A DNA stretch of 64,000 nucleotides from Candidatus Magasanikbacteria bacterium RIFOXYC2_FULL_42_28 (GTDB lineage: Bacteria; Patescibacteriota; Patescibacteriia; Magasanikbacterales; GWA2-37-8): NCBI GenBank assembly GCA_001784435.1, contig MFQZ01000001.1, forward strand, positions 16,032 to 80,031. The letters are read 5' to 3'. Shown here in pieces: positions 28,603 through 38,713 of the stretch; position 1 is the stretch's first letter; each line of letters opens with the position of its first letter. The translations under genes were made by a program, and so were the position numbers. The notes beneath the pieces are model-generated. The model worked only from the letters and a program-made list of their open reading frames with translations, was not told where the DNA came from and searched no databases.

Positions 28603-30366
28603 TCACGGCGCTTTCACACTCACCACCACATCTTGCCCATCACTTAACCCCAACAAAATTTCTGTTTTACCGCCATCGGCTTTTAACCCAATTTCAACAG
28701 TCACTTCGCTCACCTCGCCATTATTTAACACTTTTACTTTTTTCTCACCATTGGATTTAATCGCGCGGCTCGGTACAAACAAAACATTTTCTTTTTTGTC
28801 AGTAGTAATTTTTACATTCGCGGTCATTCCCGCCTTGACCGCCTTAGTTCCGACAAACGGAACGGCGGCGGTCCCCATTATATTATCGCTCGCATCCAAC
28901 GTTACCGTCACTTTGTAATAAACCACATCTTGAATAACCGTTGATGCTGGCTCCAGATTGATAATCTTTCCGGAAAATTTAACATCGTTTCCAAACGCAT
29001 CCAAAGTAATTTCCGCGTTGTCATTTAATTGTAATTTGGAAATATCGGTCTCCGGAATATCCACTTCAATTTGGTAATTAGGCGCGAGCAGTTGAATCAT
29101 CGTATCCGCGCCGGTAATAAATTCACCTTTTTTCTTATTAATTTTCGTCACGATGCCAGCAATCGGCGCGCGAATAATTGCTTTATCGCGACTGGCGACA
29201 GCGGACGAAAGCGCGGCTCGAAGCGCGGCCACATCCACTTCGCGTGGTGGATTTATTTTGCTGTCATAATTCGCTTGCGCTTGATCATACGCCGCTTGTT
29301 TATATGCCACCGAATTTATCGCATTGGCTTTAGCAGTTGCCAAATCTTTCACCGCTTTATCATAAGCAACCAAATAAGTGGAATAACTATTTTTTGCGTC
29401 CAACAATGCCTGCTTTTTGGCAATAGTGTTAGTATATTGAGTGTTAACGGCCGTGCGCGTCGCGTCAATGGTGGTTTTGTGGCCATCTAAAATTGTTTGA
29501 GTAAGCGCGCCCAAAGGTGGCGTAAAATTCAAAACATCGCCAACGAGTGCCAACAAAGAAATGTCCTTGGCCAAAGCATCTTCGGCTAAAAGTAACGCCG
29601 CGTCAATATCAGCATGAGCCGACACGGTTGTTAAAACCAAAATTTTATTTTTCACATTATCACGGCCTTGACGAGCAACAGCGTAAGCGGTTTTGGCAAA
29701 TGATAATTTTGAACTATCCAAGACCGACAAATAACTTTCAAAACTATCATTACCCAAAGTATTGTCAATACCCAAAATATTATCGGATTGCGTTAAACCA
29801 TTTTCAATGTTAGACAGCGCGGTTTGAAGCGACGCCACCGCTCCAGCATAAGCGCTATCCACAATTTGATTATTGTCACCACCCTCGACTAATTTCAAAT
29901 TATTCTGCGCGGTATCTACCACTGCTTGTGCCGCCGTAACGCTCGCCTCGGCATCGGTTTTACTTTGCTCATAAGCCGACCGCGCGCTATCCACCGCCGC
30001 TTGATAATATTTTTTATCCGCGTCCGACAAACCCACTAATTTTTGATTTAAATTCGCGCTCGCCTGCGCCACGCCGGCGTTTAATTCGGCCAAACGCAAA
30101 TTAGCGAGCATTGTTCCCACTTTCACAATATCACCCTCTTGAACATTCGCCGCATCCACAATTCCGCCAATTTCAAATTTCAAAGCCAAATCCGTAGCCG
30201 ATTCCACTTTACCGGTGGCTTCCACGGTTTGCTCCAAATTACCGCGTTCTACTTTGACGGTTTCGTATTGAGGCACGGCGGATTGCTTGGAACGATATAT
30301 AAAAAATCCTACAACCAAAACTAAAGTTATCGCACCAATAATTATATATTTACTTTTTTTAGTCAT
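28603..30366 (-). CDS. Efflux periplasmic adaptor (MacA/HlyD-like) with a long coiled coil
   Basis: N-terminal TM, G.V....V.EGD.VK.G and IRAPIAGIV lipoyl-like halves, GMTANV. Confidence 0.9.
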   Translation of the reverse strand: MTKKSKYIIIGAITLVLVVGFFIYRSKQSAVPQYETVKVERGNLEQTVEATGKVESATDLALKFEIGGIVDAANVQEGDIVKVGTMLANLRLAELNAGVAQASANLNQKLVGLSDADKKYYQAAVDSARSAYEQSKTDAEASVTAAQAVVDTAQNNLKLVEGGDNNQIVDSAYAGAVASLQTALSNIENGLTQSDNILGIDNTLGNDSFESYLSVLDSSKLSFAKTAYAVARQGRDNVKNKILVLTTVSAHADIDAALLLAEDALAKDISLLALVGDVLNFTPPLGALTQTILDGHKTTIDATRTAVNTQYTNTIAKKQALLDAKNSYSTYLVAYDKAVKDLATAKANAINSVAYKQAAYDQAQANYDSKINPPREVDVAALRAALSSAVASRDKAIIRAPIAGIVTKINKKKGEFITGADTMIQLLAPNYQIEVDIPETDISKLQLNDNAEITLDAFGNDVKFSGKIINLEPASTVIQDVVYYKVTVTLDASDNIMGTAAVPFVGTKAVKAGMTANVKITTDKKENVLFVPSRAIKSNGEKKVKVLNNGEVSEVTVEIGLKADGGKTEILLGLSDGQDVVVSVKAP

Positions 30367-30415
30367 AAAATTTTACATTTTAATTTGTCATTTTGATTTT
30401 TGATATTTACATTTT

Positions 30416-31909
30416 TCATTTTAACATCTCCCACTCCTGCGCATTTTTTAAATATTCACTTTTAATCTTCTCGAAATATTCAGCGACAGCATCGTGCTCA
30501 TTCGGCACTTTTCCATCCAAAATTGCCTCTTCCAGCGCGTCTTTAATTCTGCCAACGGTCGGTCCGGGTTTTAATTTACACGCAATCATAATTTCATCAC
30601 CACGAAACGGCGACTGGAACGCGCGCAATTTATCTTTTTCAGATAACTCGTCAATTTTTGCGCGCAGATGAATATAATTGCCTTGACGCTTGGTTAATTT
30701 ATGGGGATTACCAGTCGTAATATCCGACACCCCTAAAATCAATAAATCTTCTAGTTCTTCATCCAAATTTACCACAAGGCGCCGCACAGCCGAGTCGGAA
30801 ATACCATCATCCATCAGCGCGATGGGCTGTAAATGCCAACGCACCAATTTGGCAAGATATTTTGTCAAATCAGTAGAAAAACGCAAACGCCGCGCCAAAC
30901 CATGGACTAATTTTTTACCAAAATGATCATGCTGATAAAAAGTCCAACCAATGCCTTTGACAAATTTTTTCGTACCCGGTTTACCAATGTCGTGCAAAAG
31001 CCCGGCCAAACGCAAATTAACTTTTTCCGAACGCTCGGCAATATTGTCCACTACTTTAAAAGTATGAGTTAAAATATTTTTGTGTAGATGGCCAAAAACT
31101 TCTTCCACGCCGTCAAGCACGGCCACTTCAGGCAAAACCAAATCCAACAGACGAGTTTGAAACATTAACGCCAAACACACCGACGGCTGGCGCACGGCTA
31201 ACATTTTTAATAATTCTTCTTGGACGCGTTCAGCCGAAATTATTTTTAGTCGCGCGCGATTTTCAAAAATTGATTTCAAAGTTTTACTTTCAATCCCAAA
31301 TTCCAATTGTCCGGCAAACCTGATAGCGCGCATCATACGCAGTGGGTCATCAGAAAATGTCTCATCCGGCGCGAGCGGTGTGCGTAAAATTTTGTCTGCC
31401 AAATCTTTTTGGCCGTTGAATGGGTCAATTATATTTTTCTTAATGGTAGCGACGGTAGGCGCTTTGGCCACCGCAAAAACTTTCACCGGCACGGCCATGG
31501 CATTCACCGTAAAATCACGCCGTTTTAAATCCTCTGCCAACGTGGCTGTCTCCACTTTTGGTTTACGCGAAGTAGCATGATAACTTTCACTGCGCGCGCC
31601 GGCAAATTCCAAAACAATTTGATTTTCGCCATCGCCCAAACAATAACGCGCCGTATCAAAATCCGGAAATTCCACCAAGCTTCCACCGGCGTCGCCTTCG
31701 GCTATGCCAGTCAAGCTCTCCTGCTTAAATTCTTCATCAAATTTTTTCGCAAATTCCAAACCACTGCCTTCTACCACAAAATCAATGTCTTTTTTTTGCT
31801 CTCGGCCTAATAAAAAATCGCGCACAAAACCGCCCACCACATAAATCTGGGTTTTGTTTTGTTTGGCAACTTTATCAATTATTTTAAAGATTTTTGTGAT
31901 ATCAGACAT
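30416..31909 (-). CDS. CCA tRNA nucleotidyltransferase / poly(A) polymerase family with HD domain
   Basis: VGGFVRD, DIDFV, DL.RRDFTVNAM, DDPLRMMRA, LLHDIGK; start set at MSDITK (the upstream extension is repeat DNA). Confidence 0.92.
   Translation of the reverse strand: MSDITKIFKIIDKVAKQNKTQIYVVGGFVRDFLLGREQKKDIDFVVEGSGLEFAKKFDEEFKQESLTGIAEGDAGGSLVEFPDFDTARYCLGDGENQIVLEFAGARSESYHATSRKPKVETATLAEDLKRRDFTVNAMAVPVKVFAVAKAPTVATIKKNIIDPFNGQKDLADKILRTPLAPDETFSDDPLRMMRAIRFAGQLEFGIESKTLKSIFENRARLKIISAERVQEELLKMLAVRQPSVCLALMFQTRLLDLVLPEVAVLDGVEEVFGHLHKNILTHTFKVVDNIAERSEKVNLRLAGLLHDIGKPGTKKFVKGIGWTFYQHDHFGKKLVHGLARRLRFSTDLTKYLAKLVRWHLQPIALMDDGISDSAVRRLVVNLDEELEDLLILGVSDITTGNPHKLTKRQGNYIHLRAKIDELSEKDKLRAFQSPFRGDEIMIACKLKPGPTVGRIKDALEEAILDGKVPNEHDAVAEYFEKIKSEYLKNAQEWEMLK
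31686..31716. repeat. GCTTG..GGC.TAGCCGAAGGCGA element, in frame in the CCA enzyme
   Basis: Reverse complement GCTTGACTGGCATAGCCGAAGGCGACGCCGG; encodes SLTGIAEGDAG. Confidence 0.7.
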
Positions 31910-31910
31910 A

Positions 31911-32021
31911 TTAATTTCAAAATCCAAATTTCCAATTTCCAAAATAATGTCAAAGCCAAAATGTCAAATTTGATATTTTGATTTTGGATTTGATTTGACA
32001 TTGGAAATTGGAAATTTGACA
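31911..32021. repeat. Two inverted arms of the TTTGACATTGGAAATT heptamer family with no gene between them
   Basis: AATTTCCAATTTCCAA..ATGTCAAA versus TTTGACATTGGAAATTGGAAATT. Confidence 0.75.
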
Positions 32022-33053
32022 TTACACCCGCCTCGCTCTCCCGCTCCTTTTCTCCGCCGTCTCACTCGTAATCCACCCTTCTTTTACCAACTGCTTCAAC
32101 GAATTTTCCATCGTGATCATCCCTTCTTTACCGCCGGTCTGAATCGCGGATTTAATTTGACTCACATTATTTTCTTTAATCATATTAGCCACGGCCGGGG
32201 TATTTATCAAAATTTCGCGCGCCGGTACCCGCCCACCGTCTTTGGCCGGCAATAATTCTTGTGCCACAATCATGCGCAACACGCTCCCCAACTGAATTAA
32301 CACCTGCTTCTGGCGCGAACCATCAAACACATCCACAATACGCTCCACGGCCTCGGCCGCGCTACTCGTGTGCAAAGTTGACAAAACCAAATGCCCGGTC
32401 TCGGCCGCGGTCAAAACCGTCGCGATGGTCTCGGGGTCGCGCATTTCGCCCACCAAAATCACATTCGGGTCTTGCCGTAAAACATGTTTTAATGCCTCGG
32501 CAAATGATTTAGTATCCGTACCCACCTCGCGTTGTTCAATCAAACATTTTTTATCTTTAAACACAAATTCAATCGGATCTTCAATGGTCATAATATGCGC
32601 TTTGCGATTTTTATTTATTTCTTCCACAATGGACGCGAGGGTCGTGGATTTACCACAACCGGTCGGTCCGGTTACCAGAACCAAACCATCTAAAAATTCC
32701 GGCACTTGCGCCAAGGCCGGTTCAAAATGTAAATCTTTCGGCGTGGGAATTTCTTCCGGAATCAAACGCGCGGACAAACCAATCTTTTCTTCCTGCTGAT
32801 GCAAATTAACGCGAAACCGCGTGCCATCCTGTTCATACCCAAAATCCAATTCCAAATCATTCTCATAACGCGTCCATTGCTCTTTGGACAACATGGCCTT
32901 AATCGCCGTTGTCAATTCCGTATTATTCAATGGCTTTTCATCCAAAGCCGACAATTCACCTTCCAAACGCAACATCGGCAATTCGCCACCAATCAAATGT
33001 AAATCCGAAGCGTCTTTTTTGATTGCGTCCTTAAAAAAACTTTTGATATTCAT
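32022..33053 (-). CDS. pilT: Type IV pilus retraction ATPase PilT/PilU
   Basis: ASDLHL, GPTGCGKSTT, TIEDPIE, LRQDPNVILVGEMRD, AAETGHLV.STLH. Confidence 0.9.
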   Translation of the reverse strand: MNIKSFFKDAIKKDASDLHLIGGELPMLRLEGELSALDEKPLNNTELTTAIKAMLSKEQWTRYENDLELDFGYEQDGTRFRVNLHQQEEKIGLSARLIPEEIPTPKDLHFEPALAQVPEFLDGLVLVTGPTGCGKSTTLASIVEEINKNRKAHIMTIEDPIEFVFKDKKCLIEQREVGTDTKSFAEALKHVLRQDPNVILVGEMRDPETIATVLTAAETGHLVLSTLHTSSAAEAVERIVDVFDGSRQKQVLIQLGSVLRMIVAQELLPAKDGGRVPAREILINTPAVANMIKENNVSQIKSAIQTGGKEGMITMENSLKQLVKEGWITSETAEKRSGRARRV

Positions 33054-33096
33054 ATAATAAATTGCTTATATTTAATTCGTGAATAAAATTCGTGGT

Positions 33097-33741
33097 TTAT
33101 ATACCTTTATGTTCTAAAATTACTTTTATAGTGCGGGCGATAATTTTACAGTCATTCCAAACGATTTTTAGACCGCTACCGGTTCGACATAATTCGTAAT
33201 ATTCGCCGTCCATTTCTTTATCGCCAATTCCAGCTGGCCAATGCCCTTTATAACTTTGAAAAATTCCGGTCAAGCCGGCGGTTAAATATTTTTTTGTTAA
33301 ATTACCAGCGCGCAAACATTCTTCATATTCAACCGGTGGCTTGGGACGCGGACCAACCAAACTCATATCGCCGATCAATACATTAAAAAGTTGCGGTGCT
33401 TCGTCCAAGTAAACCCGTTTTAAAATTCTGCCAACCCGAGTAAAATTTTTATCATTTTCTACAAAAGCGGTATGGATGCTACCAAACTCCCGACGACATT
33501 GCTCATAAGCCGATAAGTGACAGGTGCGAATTTTGTAAAAATCAAATGGTTTGCCGGCGGAAATTCTTTTCTCGCAGTATAACCAAGGACCGCGCGCTGC
33601 GCCATCAAAGATTTTTTCAATGACTGACAAAATATAAGCCACCATTAGAAAAGGCGCGAGTAAGATCAGAAAAAAGATAGAAAAAATAACATCAAATAAC
33701 CGTTTAAAGAGCGGTATTTGAACGGGCGCGTCAATGTTCAT
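33097..33741 (-). CDS. Bacterial sugar transferase (polyprenyl-phosphate phosphoglycosyl transferase)
   Basis: KRLFD, F.FYK.RT, LDEAPQLFNVLIGDMSLVGPRP. Confidence 0.9.
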   Translation of the reverse strand: MNIDAPVQIPLFKRLFDVIFSIFFLILLAPFLMVAYILSVIEKIFDGAARGPWLYCEKRISAGKPFDFYKIRTCHLSAYEQCRREFGSIHTAFVENDKNFTRVGRILKRVYLDEAPQLFNVLIGDMSLVGPRPKPPVEYEECLRAGNLTKKYLTAGLTGIFQSYKGHWPAGIGDKEMDGEYYELCRTGSGLKIVWNDCKIIARTIKVILEHKGI

Positions 33742-33794
33742 AACAGAGTTATTTTAACATAAAAACAATAAAAAGCCAATGGCCTGAGGCGCAC

Positions 33795-33823
33795 TTGATT
33801 TTAGAGGTAAAATATGGTATTTT
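33795..33823 (+). promoter_or_regulatory. Promoter of tRNA-Pro(GGG)
   Basis: TTGATT-17 nt-TATTTT with an extended TG. Confidence 0.5.
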
Positions 33824-33835
33824 ATAAAGCACAGA

Positions 33836-33912
33836 CGGGCTGTAGCGTAGTTTGGTAGCGCGCATGCATGGGGTGCATGAGGTCGCGGGTTCAAATCCCG
33901 CCAGCCCGACCA
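33836..33912 (+). tRNA. tRNA-Pro(GGG)
   Basis: CGGGCTG/CAGCCCG acceptor stem, CATGC-ATGGGGT-GCATG anticodon arm, GGTTCAAATCC T-arm, encoded CCA. Confidence 0.95.
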
Positions 33913-33937
33913 AAATTAAACTTCTGGGTAATTTTTT

Positions 33938-35104
33938 ATGCCTCGCGTCAAACTTTACGAACATTCAGCCAAAACCATAATATCAAAAGCGCTACCTCTC
34001 CCCTATCGCGGTATTAGAATTGATGAAAATACGGATTTAAAAAAATTAGTCGCGTCATTGCCTAAAAATAAAACTTACGTGGTGAAAGTTGACCAAGGAG
34101 TTAAAAAACGGATGAAAAATGGGTTGGTAGTTTTAAATATCAGTCCGGCCGAAATTCCAGCGGCGTTGAAAAAATTAAAATTAAAAAAATTTGATAATTT
34201 TTTGGTAGAAGAATTTTTACCACATAAGCCCAACGAGGAAAAATATTTTTCTTTGGAGCGCCAGCGCGATGGTATTGTCGCCAGTGTGTCAGATAAAGGC
34301 GGGATTGATATTGAAGACAATCCGGACTCAATCAAAACATTTATTTTAGAACCCAAAAATTATTCGGCTTTGGAAAAATTAACCGGATTATCGCCGGACA
34401 TGCTCCAAAAAATCCGCCAAACATTTGACGAACTTTGTTTTTCTTTTTTAGAAATAAATCCGCTCGTGGTAAAAAATGAAACTCCATATTTTTTGGATTT
34501 AGCTGCGACTGTGGATAGTGCCGGAGAATTTTTTGTAAGTGGCACTTGGGGCGAAAAAGACATCGTCGCCATGGCGCTTAAAACTACCGAAGAAAAAACC
34601 GTTAAAATTTTGAAAGATAACAGCCCGGCGGCTTTGTCGCTTGCAGTTATCAACCCCAATGGCTCAATCTTTTTGCTTTTATCCGGAGGCGGTGCCAGTT
34701 TAGTGGTGGCGGACGAGGTAGCCAATTTAGGCGCGGCAAATGAGCTCGCCAATTACGGCGAATACAGTGGCAACCCGAGCGAAGAAGAGACATATTTATA
34801 CACTCTGGAAATTATTTCTTTACTCAAAAAATCCCGCGCTAAACGAAAAATTTTAATTATCGGCGGTGGCGTGGCGAATTTTACTGATGTGCGTGCCACT
34901 TTTCGCGGTATTATTCGCGCGCTTGAAAAAAATAAAATTACTTTACAAAAAATGTCCACGAAAATTTTTGTGCGCCGGGGCGGACCGGGGCAGACCGAGG
35001 GTCTGGCCAGTATGCAAAAATTTTTAAATGACAATAATTTTGACGGCGGTGTTTACGGACCGGAATTGCCTTTACAAAAAATCGTGGAACTGGCCTTATG
35101 CTAA
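33938..35104 (+). CDS. aclB: ATP-citrate lyase beta subunit (ATP-grasp + citrate-binding)
   Basis: VVKVDQ..K.R.K.GLV, GGIDI, LEINPL, GGGAS, ANYGEYSGNP, IGGGVANFT, VRRGGP. Confidence 0.88.
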   Translation: MPRVKLYEHSAKTIISKALPLPYRGIRIDENTDLKKLVASLPKNKTYVVKVDQGVKKRMKNGLVVLNISPAEIPAALKKLKLKKFDNFLVEEFLPHKPNEEKYFSLERQRDGIVASVSDKGGIDIEDNPDSIKTFILEPKNYSALEKLTGLSPDMLQKIRQTFDELCFSFLEINPLVVKNETPYFLDLAATVDSAGEFFVSGTWGEKDIVAMALKTTEEKTVKILKDNSPAALSLAVINPNGSIFLLLSGGGASLVVADEVANLGAANELANYGEYSGNPSEEETYLYTLEIISLLKKSRAKRKILIIGGGVANFTDVRATFRGIIRALEKNKITLQKMSTKIFVRRGGPGQTEGLASMQKFLNDNNFDGGVYGPELPLQKIVELALC

Positions 35105-36870
35105 ATATTCAACAACTGCGAAAATTAGAACCGCAAATAATCGCGCTTGGTAATCACCGGCCGATTTTGCAGTCAATGTTGGATTTTGATTTTTATTGTG
35201 GCCGAACCGAGCCGACACTTAAAGCAATTATCGGCACCGGTAAAAAATTTGAGAAATTTTTCTTTGGGAAACGTGAAATCTTAATTCCGGTATATCATGA
35301 TTTAAGTCATGATATAAAAATTAACGCCACTATCAACGGCTTAATCAACGTCAATTCCGGTAGACGCACGCTCGCCTCTATGCGCGCGGCCATATCAGCT
35401 TATCCCAATTTAAAAACAGCCGTACTATTTGCCGAAAATGTGCCGGAAAAACATTCTTTGGAAATGGACAAATTAGCCAAAACCAAAAACATCACCATCA
35501 CCGGTCCGGCCAGTGTGGGCATTTTAATCCCCAATCATTTAAAAATCGGCCCGATCGGGGGCGTAGACCATCGCCAGTTATTATCGGCGAAATTATTTGA
35601 CACGGGCGCGACCGCGGTGTTGTGTTCGTCCGGCGGTATGAGCAACGAAATTATCAACTTACTCGCCCACGCCAACATTCCCCTCTCGTTTGCCGTGGCG
35701 TTTGGTGGTGATCGCTTTCCGGTGCTTACTCCCAAAGAAGCATTTTTGGCCGCGGAAAATGACCCCAACACTAAACAAATTGTTTACTTCGGCGAATTAG
35801 GCGGATATGATGAATACGAACTAGCCGAATTATTAAAAAAGAAAATCATTACTAAGCCCGTTATCGCCTACATCGCCGGCAGTGTGTCCGCGGTCTTTAA
35901 AGAACCACCCCAATTTGGCCATGCCAAAGCGTTGGCGCAACGCGGGGCCGAAACCGCCGTGGCCAAAGCCGAAGCCCTTACTGATGCCGGCGCGCTCGTA
36001 GGAAAATCATTTGCTCAATTTTTAAATTTAATTACTAAAAATATTATGACTCAAAAATCTCCACCCCAAACCCAAATTGATTTATCAGACCGCCGCGCTT
36101 CGCTATTTACCTGTCGCATTTCCGGTGATAAAAACGGTAGTCCGACAATTTTAGGACAAGAATTGGTCGCGGCTGTAAAAACCATGAGTTATTCCGAAAT
36201 GGTCATCGCCTTACTACTTGGTAAAAAACCTAAATCAAAAGAATTGGCGCAATTTACCGATTTGGCACTAAAACTTTTAATTGACCACGGGCCGTATGTG
36301 TCTGGCGCGGTCAACACGATGATTACCGCGCGCGCGGGCAAGGATTTGGTATCGGCCTTGTGCGCCGGACTACTCACCATTGGCGACCGTTTTGGCGGAG
36401 CGATTAACGAAGCGGCCTTGAATTGGTTCACAGCGGTAAATCAAAAAATAGCCGCCGCAAATTTCGTAGAAAATTTTGCCAGCGCCAAAAAAATTATCGC
36501 CGGCATCGGCCATAAAAAATACAGTTCGCACCAGCCGGATGAACGGGTAAAATTAATTTTGGAATTTGCGAAAAAATTAAAATTCCACCCGCATTTGGAT
36601 TTTGCGTTAGGAGTAGCCAAAATAACTTTGGCCAAAAAAGCTAATTTGATTTTAAATGTGGACGGCGCTTTGGCAGCGGTGCTGTTGGATTTGTTACAAG
36701 AAAAAGAAAATTACCAAAAAGAAGAATTGTCCGAACTAATCGCTTCCGGATTTTTTAATTCACTATTCATCCTCGCCCGCAGTGTCGGGTTCGCGGCGCA
36801 TTTCTTGGAACAACGCCGGCTGGATGAAGGGCTGTTCCGCTTGCCGGAGGATAGTGTGAATAATGGTTAA
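35098..36870 (+). CDS. aclA: ATP-citrate lyase alpha subunit (CoA-binding, His-phosphorylation, citryl-CoA lyase)
   Basis: MLDFDF.C.R, GPASVG, SGGMSNE, GGDRFP, QFGHA, DHGPYVSGA, RFGGAI, GIGH, NVDG. Confidence 0.9.
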   Translation: MLNIQQLRKLEPQIIALGNHRPILQSMLDFDFYCGRTEPTLKAIIGTGKKFEKFFFGKREILIPVYHDLSHDIKINATINGLINVNSGRRTLASMRAAISAYPNLKTAVLFAENVPEKHSLEMDKLAKTKNITITGPASVGILIPNHLKIGPIGGVDHRQLLSAKLFDTGATAVLCSSGGMSNEIINLLAHANIPLSFAVAFGGDRFPVLTPKEAFLAAENDPNTKQIVYFGELGGYDEYELAELLKKKIITKPVIAYIAGSVSAVFKEPPQFGHAKALAQRGAETAVAKAEALTDAGALVGKSFAQFLNLITKNIMTQKSPPQTQIDLSDRRASLFTCRISGDKNGSPTILGQELVAAVKTMSYSEMVIALLLGKKPKSKELAQFTDLALKLLIDHGPYVSGAVNTMITARAGKDLVSALCAGLLTIGDRFGGAINEAALNWFTAVNQKIAAANFVENFASAKKIIAGIGHKKYSSHQPDERVKLILEFAKKLKFHPHLDFALGVAKITLAKKANLILNVDGALAAVLLDLLQEKENYQKEELSELIASGFFNSLFILARSVGFAAHFLEQRRLDEGLFRLPEDSVNNG

Positions 36871-36891
36871 AAAACCAACAATGCAACTTAA

Positions 36892-36925
36892 ACAAAAACA
36901 CCTCTGCCAACAGAGGTGTTTTTGT
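36892..36925 (+). terminator. Intrinsic terminator after aclA
   Basis: ACAAAAACACCTCTG-CCAA-CAGAGGTGTTTTTGT. Confidence 0.75.
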
Positions 36926-36962
36926 GGTATAATATAATTGTTTACAAATCTAATCGCTAAAT

Positions 36963-37973
36963 ATGCCAACCGCCAAAAACAACGCGCCAAAAAATAACAT
37001 CGACCTGTTTGACTACGACGCTAAGAATTTCATAGAAAAACGCGTCAAGTCCATTGATGATTGTATCCCCTACAAAAATACTCCGAGCGTTACCTGGATT
37101 AACATTGACCGCACGCCACCTTTGGCATTTTTAGAAAAATTGCAACTGGGATTTGATTTACATCCGGTTATCGTAGAAGACATTACCGGTCCCAACCAAC
37201 GCCCCAAAGTGGAAATTTTAGATGACTACATCTATGTGGTTTTTCGTATGCTTACCATTGACGAAGAACACAAAAAAGTTATGAGCGAACAGGTAAGTTT
37301 GGTATTGTCGCATAAATTTCTAATCACTTTTCAACAAAACGTCGTGGGCGATACTTTTGAACCGGTGCGCGCGTTAATCCGTAAACCCACTACGCGTATT
37401 CGACATTTGGACACCGACTATCTTGCTTACGAACTAATTAATTCAGTCGTGGAAAATTATTTTAAAATTTTAGAATATTTCTCGGAAAAAATTGAGAAAC
37501 TGGAGCAAGAAATTATTACCAATCCGACGAGTCGCAATTTAAACCATATCCACTCTTTAAAACGAGGGCTACTGTCTTTTCGTAAATCCATTTGGCCGCT
37601 ACGCGAAGTTATCGGCATTTTGGAACGAGGCGAATCAACTTTAATTAAAAAATCCACCCGTATTTATTTGCGCGATTCTTACGAACGATTAATTCAAGTG
37701 ATCGATTCGGTGGAAACTTACCGCGATATTTTATCGGGGCTATTAGATGTATATTTATCCAGTGTGTCTAACCGCACCAATTCGGTCATGCGCGTGCTGA
37801 CGGTCATTACCACTATTTTCATGCCCTTGTCGTTTTTGGCCGGCTTTTATGGCATGAATTTCACCAATTTACCGGGGATGCATACCTCCTACGGCCCAGC
37901 TGTAGTCACCGCCATAATGCTCGTCATAATGGTGATAATGTTATCCTACTTCCGCAAAAAAGAATGGCTATAA
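36963..37973 (+). CDS. corA: Magnesium/cobalt transporter CorA
   Basis: LHP...EDI, QRPKVE, two C-terminal TMs with YGMNF. Confidence 0.95.
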   Translation: MPTAKNNAPKNNIDLFDYDAKNFIEKRVKSIDDCIPYKNTPSVTWINIDRTPPLAFLEKLQLGFDLHPVIVEDITGPNQRPKVEILDDYIYVVFRMLTIDEEHKKVMSEQVSLVLSHKFLITFQQNVVGDTFEPVRALIRKPTTRIRHLDTDYLAYELINSVVENYFKILEYFSEKIEKLEQEIITNPTSRNLNHIHSLKRGLLSFRKSIWPLREVIGILERGESTLIKKSTRIYLRDSYERLIQVIDSVETYRDILSGLLDVYLSSVSNRTNSVMRVLTVITTIFMPLSFLAGFYGMNFTNLPGMHTSYGPAVVTAIMLVIMVIMLSYFRKKEWL

Positions 37974-37975
37974 AT

Positions 37976-38713
37976 ATGTGGCGTAAATCCATATTAATTA
38001 TTCTGATTGTCGTCATTGCCATTGGTGTTTATCTCAATCGCTCTTACGCGCATTTTTTTAATTATATCACTGATCACTTTCAAACTAACCCCACTATTAA
38101 TTACAACTACGAAATTGGAATTGGACCACCGATAAAATATGTGGCTCTGGGTGACAGCTTGACTGCCGGCACCGGCACCAATGAACCGACCGACAGTTTT
38201 CCTTATCAACTATCACAAAAAATAGCAGCTGACGGACACAGAGTTGAATTAATGAATTTGGGGATACCGGGCGGAAAGGCCGACAACATAATCAGTGGGC
38301 AAATTGAAAAAACCATCGCGTTTAAGCCAAATTTAATTACTATCCTAATTGGGGTTAATGATCTGCAGGACAAAATAAAAAAGACGATGTTTGCGCAGAA
38401 TTTAGACAAAATTATCGTAGAGCTAAAAGCCAAAACAACCGCCCGCATCATCGTCGCGAGTATACCTCATTTAGGCGCCTACCCGGCCTTACTTTGGCCA
38501 CATTACCAATATTTTAATTACCAAACACAAAAATTTAACACGGTAATTCAAAATATTGCCACTGCCAATTCCGTGGAATTTATTGATTTATATTCTTACA
38601 ATAAAAATTTAGAAAAAACCGGCGACAATTTTTATTCACCGGATTATTTTCATCCTAATAAAAACGGCTACCGCGCCTGGGCCGAATTTTTCTATGCAAA
38701 TTACCGTAAATAA
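37976..38713 (+). CDS. Membrane-anchored SGNH/GDSL hydrolase
   Basis: GDSLT, NLGIPG, IGVND, DYFHP. Confidence 0.9.
   Translation: MWRKSILIILIVVIAIGVYLNRSYAHFFNYITDHFQTNPTINYNYEIGIGPPIKYVALGDSLTAGTGTNEPTDSFPYQLSQKIAADGHRVELMNLGIPGGKADNIISGQIEKTIAFKPNLITILIGVNDLQDKIKKTMFAQNLDKIIVELKAKTTARIIVASIPHLGAYPALLWPHYQYFNYQTQKFNTVIQNIATANSVEFIDLYSYNKNLEKTGDNFYSPDYFHPNKNGYRAWAEFFYANYRK

Noticed and set aside
33749-33964. 71-aa minus-strand ORF
   Set aside because: Antisense shadow of tRNA-Pro(GGG)
33938-36870. Succinyl-CoA synthetase, or evidence of autotrophy
   Set aside because: The citrate-binding and citryl-CoA lyase motifs indicate ACL, and ACL alone does not show a reverse TCA cycle
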